A stretch of 64,000 nt of DNA from Octopus sinensis (taxonomy: Eukaryota), in assembly GCF_006345805.1 (NCBI RefSeq), contig NC_043003.1, forward strand, positions 116,064,001-116,128,000, written 5' to 3'. Shown here in pieces: positions 55,299 through 64,000 of this stretch (position 1 is the first letter of the stretch; every line of letters begins with the position of its first letter). A program made the translations under genes and the position numbers. The notes below the pieces were generated by a model that worked only from the letters and a program-made list of their open reading frames with translations, made no database searches and was not told the origin of the DNA.

Positions 55299-55368
55299 GC
55301 ATATTACTCTACCACTGGTATTTGAGTACTCTTTTTTCCACCTTGTTTCACATTTATGTGTTTACTCC

Positions 55369-55427
<59 letters not shown>

Positions 55428-55435
55428 GTGTGTGT

Positions 55436-55545
55436 GAAGGCGCATTCCTTAGTGGTTAGAGCGACGAGCTTATGACTGTGAGATTCTGAGTTCGATTCCT
55501 GAACCGGACTGCTTGTTGTTTGCTTGAGCAAGAGACATTGTTTTA
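55436..55545 (+). mobile_element. tRNA-derived SINE head (family S4)
   Basis: TAGTGGTTAGAGC A-box-like and GAGTTCGATTCC B-box motifs. Confidence 0.65.
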
Positions 55546-56358
55546 CTATAATTAGTAGTTGTTGATATATATATATATATATATATAACAAAGTGAAGTT
55601 GTAAGGTACCGTACGAGTGGAAATATATATATGAAAGAAGGTTTGAAAGTGCAATTTTAAAGATGTTTATTCGCTTGATCGGTTACATCTCTGGTTATAT
55701 ATCTACTTCCTAGGTTACAGTTATTGTATCATACTTTGAGATTGTCTGGACTAACATCTCCGCTGAAAGCCGTTGACATTAAAGTGTAAAAAGAAAATGA
55801 TTTCGTTTTTGTAATTTAGTCAGCCCAGTCATATAGCAGATGAACACGTTCAGTATAGAAAGACAATGGCATCTTACAAGGTCTTCATTGCACAAATTTA
55901 TTTATTCAACTCTGAAGAGAACGCAGTAAGTTACAAAAGATGATGGAAGCTGTTCATTATTTTTAGAGTCTATGAAGAGGAATAGTTGAATTTTCACGCA
56001 CACGATCATGTATATATATTTACATATCCTCTGTGTGTGTGTGTGTGTGTGTTTGAGTGTGCTTGTGTCTGTGTGTGTGTGTGTGTGTGTGCACACATAA
56101 TTAAGTGTAGTTAATAAATATTTATGAATATATTGCATACGCTCTCCAGCATGACCGCAACCGCATGGTTGACACGAGTTAAAGTATAAAAGAGAACTAC
56201 AATAAATAGATGCCAATATATATATATTGAAGTAAATCTTCAAGTATATACGGGGAAACTAAGGAAGTGTGCGTGTGCGTGTGTGTGTGTGTAATTGTAG
56301 TCTTGAGCACTCATCATAATTCGAATGCAGTGTAGGTAATTCAGAATATTATTTTCAG

Positions 56359-56473
56359 ACTGAGGGCCATGGGAGAAGCGCGGAGAAGCCCTCAAGTTGG
56401 ATCCGGTCTAGGAGGAACAAAGGCCAACATCGTACGGCTTAATTTGCCTCAGTTCAAGCAAGTGCCAGATTGG
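56359..56473 (+). CDS. Weak candidate host exon (LRAMGEARRSPQVGSGLGGTKANIVRLNLPQFKQVPDW)
   Basis: ATTTTCAG acceptor, GC-rich, 38 open codons, weak GTAGTC donor. Confidence 0.2.
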
Positions 56474-57414
56474 GTAGTCGTGTAGGCCTGCGCCTCTGGA
56501 CTGAAAATCGCCACTCGTGAACAACTGCCCTATGATAATTTGAACCGAAATAATCTCCAAAATACGATTTAAATTTGATTCTTGCTAAAAGAAAAATTCC
56601 TGCAAATTCAGTAAACATCTTGGCCATTACTAAACGTTTGTGTGTTACACCATGCTAAATGCGCCTTCCTTTACGCTCGAAATATAGGCCATGGATGAAT
56701 TTGCATGCTTTGATCAACCTTTTATAAGTAATCAAGTCTATGGTTTAAAGCTTAAATTCATATCTGCTTAGGCGTGCAATTTTTATCTCACAATTTCTAA
56801 TTATTCTTTATTTCGTCTTTTTTTGTCCTTTATGGACATTAGACCATAGAAACAAGTGGAACTAGAAAGCACATAATTTAGTTACAGGTTATTGTAGATA
56901 TATATATATACGTACAATTATACTTTAAGAGCGATTTGATGTATTTGAAAAGCATAATAATAATATCTGTCATAGACATCATCTGATGAATTTGATCTCT
57001 ATGGAGATATCTTTTGAATAATGCAAAATGTGGCCTATGCATAACACATAACATGATAAATTATACTAACCAATATTTTGAAATGTAAATGTATTATATT
57101 GAAATGTTGAAGATATTCTGGAAATAGTAGGAAAAATATGAAATATTTGATGTTGCGTAGACAGATTGACAGTAATCTTAGTTTCTGATGCACTTGGAGA
57201 CAGTTAAAAGCAAAATGTTTGAGCTAAAAGGAATAAATATAAAGGAATATAATTATTTGTCCTACAGGTATGTCTATAACATGTATTAAAACTTCTTTGG
57301 AACTTGGTATCTTAAAATTGTATCGAATCTAACCTTACACGTATGCACGCACATAAATACATAAGCAAATATTTATATATAAGCGGGTGAATTAATGTAT
57401 ATGTGCATGAATGT

Positions 57415-57635
57415 GAGGCTGCATGGCTCAGTGGTTAGAGAATCGGGCTCAAACCATGAGGTAGCGAGTTCGATTCCCGGACCGTGCTGTGTATTGTTTT
57501 CTTGAGCAAGATACTTCATTTCATGCTGCTGCAGATAACTCAGCCATAGAAATTACTTGCGACGTTGTCACTGCTTGGCAAGCTGTGTCGTCATTTACGT
57601 TTATCTGGGACAATATAGGTAACGCGGACAGGGGA
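57415..57635 (+). mobile_element. tRNA-derived SINE (family S4), apparently cut off by the satellite array
   Basis: TGGCTCAGTGGTTAG A-box, GAGTTCGATTCC B-box, body CTTGAGCAAGATAC; array sequence starts abruptly at 57636. Confidence 0.75.
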
Positions 57636-60600
57636 AGCTATAACCCTTTGACTGCTATTTCTAAATTCGGTATGTGGTAAGGCAACTCGTTGCTAAACCC
57701 TTATTGCTTAGTATTACTTAAATTTTCCTCGAATGAGGCTTTTACATGCCGAAGACTACTTGGTGTAATTGATAATTTTTCCAACTTATTAATTTCACCC
57801 TTCATTATTACGGATAACCATATTTTATCTCAGTAGATGACCACAGCATCTTGTTTTGGCTACACGCGGGTGGGAAGGGGCTGTTGACACAATCGTTTCA
57901 TTCACAAATTGAATTCGGTGATACCAGTTGCGGATTCTAGCTCGCTCTGATACTGAGTTGAGTTGGTGCCTTCTGGTATCTCAAAATTCAATATATAATC
58001 ATTTATGATTATAGTATTCTACGCTGAAGAGAAAGAAGTTTCGGTAAGATAGAATTATTTAATATTTAATATTTAATTCTTATGCTTTCCTAAAAACTTG
58101 ATTTCGAAACGTACGTCCGTGGATAACTAAAAAAATGTATGATAGATTGCAGTCAATTCATTCTCTCTTACCTGTTTGTGTCTGCCTTCCAAATGCTGTT
58201 TTTACTGAGATCTCCCTTTTTAGTAGAAGAAATAGCTATAACCCTTTGACTGCTATTTCTAAATTCGGTATGTGGTAAGGCAACTCGTTGCTAAACCCTT
58301 ATTGCTTAGTATTACTTAATTTTCCTCGAATGAGGCTTTTACATGCCGAAGACTACTTGGTGTAATTGATAATTTTTAATTTTTCCAACTTAATTATTTC
58401 ACCCTTCATTATTACGGATAACCATATTTTATCTCAGTAGATGACCACAGCATCTTGTTTTGGCTACACGCGGTGGGAAGGGGCTGTTGACACAATCGTT
58501 TCATTCACAATTGAATTCGGTGATACCAGTTGCGGATTCTAGCTCGCTCTCATACTGAGTTGAGTTGGTGCCTTCTGGTATCTCAAAATTCAATATATAA
58601 TCATTTATGATTATAGTATTCTACGCTGAAGAGAAAGAAGTTTCGGTAAGATAGAATTATTTAATATTTAATATTTAATTCTTATGCTTTCCTAAAAACT
58701 TGATTTCGAAACGTACGTCCGTGGATAACTAAAAAAATGTATGATAGATTGAAGTCAATTCATTCTCTCTTACCTGTTTGTGTCTGCCTTCCAAATGCTG
58801 TTTTTACTGAGATCTCCCTTTTTAGTAGAAGAAATAGCTATAACCCTTTGACTGCTATTTCTAAATTCGGTATGTGGTAAGGCAACTCGTTGCTAAACCC
58901 TTATTGCTTAGTATTACTTAATTTTCCTCGAATGAGGCTTTTACATGCCGAAGACTACTTGGTGTAATTGATAATTTTTCCAACTTAATTAATTTCACCC
59001 TTCATTATTACGGATAACCATATTTTATCTCAGTAGATGACCACAGCATCTTGTTTTGGCTACACGCGGGTGGGAAGGGGCTGTTGACACAATCGTTTCA
59101 TTCACAATTGAATTCGGTGATACCAGTTGCGGATTCTAGCTCGCTCTCATACTGAGTTGAGTTGGTGCCTTCTGGTATCTCAAAATTCAATATATAATCA
59201 TTTATGATTATAGTATTCTACGCTGAAGAGAAAAGAAGTTCGGTAAGATAGAATTATTTAATATTTAATATTTAATTCTTATGCTTTCCTAAAAACTTGA
59301 TTTCGAAACGTACGTCCGTGATAACTAAAAAAATGTATGATAGATTGCAGTCAATTCATTCTCTCTTACCTGTTTGTGTCTGCCTTCCAAATGCTGTTTT
59401 TACTGAGATCTCCCTTTTTAGTAGAAGAAATAGCTATAACCCTTTGACTGCTATTTCTAAATTCGGTATGTGGTAAGGCAACTCGTTGCTAAACCCTTAT
59501 TGCTTAGTATTACTTAAATTTTCCTCGAATGAGGCTTTTACATGCCGAAGACTACTTGGTGTAATTGATAATTTTTCCAACTTAATTAATTTCACCCTTC
59601 ATTATTACGGATAACCATATTTTATCTCAGTAGATGACCACAGCATCTTGTTTTGGCTACACGCGGGTGGGAAGGGGCTGTTGACACAATCGTTTCATTC
59701 ACAAATTGAATTCGGTGATACCAGTTGCGGATTCTAGCTCGCTCTCATACTGAGTTGAGTTGGTGCCTTCTGGTATCTCAAAATTCAATATATAATCATT
59801 TATGATTATAGTATTCTACGCTGAAGAGAAAAGAAGTTTCGGTAAGATAGAATTATTTAATATTTAATATTTAATTCTTATGCTTTCCTAAAAACTTGAT
59901 TTCGAAACGTACGTCCGTGGATAACTAAAAAAATGTATGATAGATTGCAGTCAATTCATTCTCTCTTACCTGTTTGTGTCTGCCTTCCAAATGCTGTTTT
60001 TACTGAGATCTCCCTTTTTAGTAGAAGAAATAGCTATAACCCTTTGACTGCTATTTCTAATTCGGTATGTGGTAAGGCAACTCGTTGCTAAACCCTTATT
60101 GCTTAGTATTACTTAAATTTTCTTCGAATGAGGCTTTTACATGCCGAAGACTACTTGGTGTAATTGATAATTTTTCCAACTTAATTAATTTCACCCTTCA
60201 TTATTACGGATAACCATATTTTATCTCAGTAGATGACCACAGCATCTTGTTTTGGCTACACGCGGGTGGGAAGGGGCTGTTAACACAATCGTTTCATTCA
60301 CAAATTGAATTCGGTGATACCAGTTGCGGATTCTAGCTCGCTCTCATACTGAGTTGAGTTGGTGCCTTCTGGTATCTCAAAATTCAATATATAATCATTT
60401 ATGATTATAGTATTCTACGCTGAAGAGAAAAGAAGTTTCGGTAAGATAGAATTATTTAATATTTAATATTTAATTCTTATGCTTTCCTAAAACTTGATTT
60501 CGAAACGTACGTCCGTGGATAACTAAAAAAATGTATGATAGATTGCAGTCAATTCATTCTCTCTTACCTGTTTGTGTCTGCCTTCCAAATACTGTTTTTA

Positions 60601-63600
60601 CTGAGATCTCCCTTTTTAGTAGAAGAAATAGCTATAACCCTTTGACTGCTATTTCTAAATTCGGTATGTGATAAGGCAACTCGTTGCTAAACCCTTATTG
60701 CTTAGTATTACTTAAATTTTCCTCGAATGAGGCTTTTACATGCCGAAGACTACTGGTGTAATTGATAATTTTTCCAACTTAATTAATTTCACCCTTCATT
60801 ATTACGGATAACCATATTTTATCTCAGTAGATGACCACAGCATCTTGTTTTGGCTACACGCGGGTGGGAGGGGCTGTTGACACAATCGTTTCATTCACAA
60901 ATGAATTCGGTGATACCAGTGCGGATTCTAGCTCGCTCTCATACTGAGTTGAGTTGGTGCCTTCTGGTATCTCAAAATTCAATATATAATCATTTATGAT
61001 TATAGTATTCTACGCTGAAGAGAAAAGAAGTTTCGGTAAGATAGAATTATTTAATATTTATATTTAATTCTTATGCTTTCCTAAAAACTTGATTTCGAAA
61101 CGTACGTCCGTGGATAACTAAAAAAATGTATGATAGATTGCAGTCAATTCATTCTCTCTTACCTGTTTGTGTCTGCCTTCCAAATGCTGTTTTTACTGAG
61201 ATCTCCCTTTTTAGTAGAAGAAATAGCTATAACCCTTTGACTGCTATTCTAAATTCGGTATGTGGTAAGGCAACTCGTTGCTAAACCCTTATTGCTTAGT
61301 ATTACTTAAATTTTCCTCGAATGAGGCTTTTACATGCCGAAGACTACTTGGTGTAATTGATAATTGTTCCAACTTAATTAATTTCACCCTTCATTATTAC
61401 GGATAACCATATTTTATCTCAGTAGATGACCACAGCATCTTGTTTTGGCTACACGCGGTGGGAAGGGGCTGTTGACACAATCGTTTCATTCACAAATTGA
61501 ATTCGGTGATACCAGTTGCGGATTCTAGCTCGCTCTGATACTGAGTTGAGTTGTGTGGTGCCTTCTGGTAATCAAAATCAATATATATCATTTATGCTAT
61601 ATTTCTGAATTCTACGCTGAGAGAAAAGAATTTCGGTAAGATAGAATTATTTAATATTTAATATTTAATTCTTATGCTTTCCTAAAACTTGATTTCGAAA
61701 CGTACGTCCGTGGATAACTAAAAAAATGTATGATAGATTGCAGTCAATTCATTCTCTCTTACCTGTTGTGTCTGCCTTCCAATGCTGTTTTTACTGAGAT
61801 CTCCCTTTTTAGTAGAAGAAATAGCTATAACCCTTTGACTGCTATTTCTAAATTCGGTATGTGGTAAGGCAACTCGTTGCTAAACCCTTATTGCTAGTAT
61901 TACTTAAATTTTCCTCGAATGAGGCTTTTACATGCCGAAGACTACTTGGTGTAATTGATAATTTTTCCAACTTAATTAATTTCACCCTTCATTATTACGG
62001 ATAACCATATTTTATCTCAGTAGATGACCACAGCATATTGTTTTGGCTACACGCGGGTGGGAAGGGGCTGTTGACACAATCGTTTCATTCACAAATTGAA
62101 TTCGGTGATACCATTTGCGGATTCTAGCTCGCTCCATACTGAGTTGAGTTGGTGCCTCTTCTGTATCTCAAAATTCAATATATATCATTTATGATTATAG
62201 TATTCTACGCTGAAGAGAAAAGAAGTTTCGGTAAGATAGAATTATTTATATTTAATATTTAATTCTTATGCTTTCCTAAAAACTTGATTTCGAAACGTCG
62301 TCCGTGGATACTAAAAAAATGTATGATAGATGCAGTCAATTCATTCTCTCTTACCTGTTTGTGTCTGCCTTCCAAATGCTGTTTTTACTGAGATCTCCCT
62401 TTTTAGTAGAAGAAATAGCTATAACCCTTTGACTGCTATTTCTAAATTCGGTATGTGGTAAGGCAACTCGTTGCTAAACCCTTATTGCTTAGTATTACTT
62501 AAATTTTCCTCGAATGAGGCTTTTACATGCCGAAGACTACTGTGTAATTGATAATTTTTCCAACTTAATTAATTTCACCCTTCATTATTACGGATAACCA
62601 TATTTTATCTCAGTAGATGACCACAGCATCTTGTTTTGGCTACACGCGGGTGGGAAGGGGCTGTTGACACAATCGTTTCATTCACAAATTGAATTCGGTG
62701 ATACCAGTTGCGGATTCTAGCTCGCTCTCATACTGAGTTGAGTTGGTGCCTTCTGGTATCTCAAAATTCAATATATAATCATTTATGATTATAGTATTCT
62801 ACGCTGAAGAGAAAAGAAGTTTCGGTAAGATAGAATTATTTATATTTAATATTTAATTCTTATGCTTTCCTAAAAACTTGATTTCGAAACGTACGTCCGT
62901 GGATAACTAAAAAAATGTATGATAGATTGAGTCAATTCATTCTCTCTTACCTGTTTGTGTCTGCCTTCCAAATGCTGTTTTTACTGAGATCTCCCTTTTT
63001 AGTAGAAGAAATAGCTATAACCCTTTGACTGCTATTTCTAAATTCGGTATGTGGTAAGGCAACTCGTTGCTAAACCCTTATTGCTTAGTATTACTTAAAT
63101 TTTCCTCGAATGAGGCTTTTACATGCCGAAGACTACTTGGTGTAATTGATAATTTTTCCAACTTAATTAATTTCACCCTTCATTATTACGGATAACCATA
63201 TTTTATCTCAGTAGATGACCACAGCATATTTTTTGGCTACACGCGGGTGGGAAGGGGCTGTTGACACATCGTTTCATTCACAAATTGAATTCGGTGATAC
63301 CAGTTGCGGATTCTAGCTCGCTCTGATACTGAGTTGAGTTGGTGCCTTCTGGTATCTCAAAATTCAATATATAATCATTATGATTATAGTATTCTACGCT
63401 GAAGAGAAAAGAAGTTTCGGTAAGATAGAATTATTTAATATTTAATATTTAATTCTTATGCTTTCCTAAAAACTTGATTTCGAAACGTACGTCCGTGGAT
63501 AACTAAAAAAATGTATGATACATTGCAGTCAATCATTCTCTCTTACCTGTTTGTGTCTGCCTTCCAAATGCTGTTTTTACTGAGATCTCCCTTTTTAGTA

Positions 63601-64000
63601 GAAGAAATAGCTATAACCCTTTGACTGCTATTTCTAAATTCGGTATGTGGTAAGGCAACTCGTTGCTAACCCTTATTGCTAGTATTACTTAAATTTTCCT
63701 CGAATGAGGCTTTTACATGCCGAAGACTACTTGGTGTAATGGATAATTTTTCCAACTTAATTAATTTCACCACCTTTCATTATTACGGATAACCATATTT
63801 TATCTCAGTAGATGACCACAGCATCTTGTTTTGGCTACACGCGGGTGGGAAGGGGCTGTTGACACAATCGTTTCATTCACAAATTGAATTCGGTGATACC
63901 ATTTGCGGATTCTAGCTCGCTCTGATACTGAGTTGAGTTGGTGCCTTCTGGTATCTCAAAATTCAATATATAATCATTTATGATTATAGTATTCTACGCT
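57636..64000 (+). repeat. Tandem array of about 598-bp units (10 full + partial, runs off the window), each with a hammerhead motif
   Basis: Unit starts (AGCTATAACCC) at 57636, 58234, 58836, 59432, 60032, 60630, 61225, 61823, 62417, 63013, 63609; differences are mostly 1-nt indels. Confidence 0.97.
59818..59914 (+). ncRNA. Type I hammerhead ribozyme motif with extended stem II (representative unit)
   Basis: ACG-CTGAAGA-[GAAA...TTTC, 76-nt hairpin]-GAAA-CG-TA-CGT; equivalent motifs start at 58021, 58623, 59220, 60417, 61012, 61614, 62207, 62801, 63396. Confidence 0.7.

Noticed and set aside
59370-59820. 451-nt minus-strand segment between strong splice-like sites as a repeated coding exon
   Set aside because: All three frames hit a stop within the first 9 codons, and the length is not a multiple of 3
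57636-64000. Array as a CRISPR or as a 5S/snRNA/tRNA/histone gene cluster
   Set aside because: Units are near-identical along their whole length (no unique spacers), and no 5S, U1, U2, U4, U5, U6, tRNA or histone signature was recognised

Overview
Gene-poor, AT-rich, microsatellite-saturated eukaryotic DNA. The SINE families and repeat spectrum suggest an octopus genome (inference). No host gene can be called with confidence, only a few splice-bounded exon candidates. The window is dominated by mobile elements. (1) A full-length but frameshifted Tx1/L1-type non-LTR retrotransposon (5226-11326) plus three 5'-truncated copies; all four have 3' ends fused to (TATC)n. (2) Two head-to-tail Dong/R4-type RT-RLE elements in a (TAA)n landing pad (13.3-19.2 kb). 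(3) At least five Penelope-like (GIY-YIG) remnants with hammerhead-ribozyme (HHR) motifs, including a perfect 206-bp palindrome carrying two HHRs. (4) A HERO-like RLE fragment, a mariner remnant, MITEs and many tRNA-derived SINEs. The last 6.4 kb is a near-homogeneous tandem array of about 598-bp units. Each unit carries a complete type I hammerhead consensus with a long stem II and a palindromic 2-bp stem III, making it a candidate self-cleaving (retrozyme-like) satellite and the most interesting feature here. Frequent single-base indels in homopolymers suggest a partly unpolished long-read assembly, so frameshifts and single-base variants should be treated with caution. All alignments, translations and folds were done by eye.
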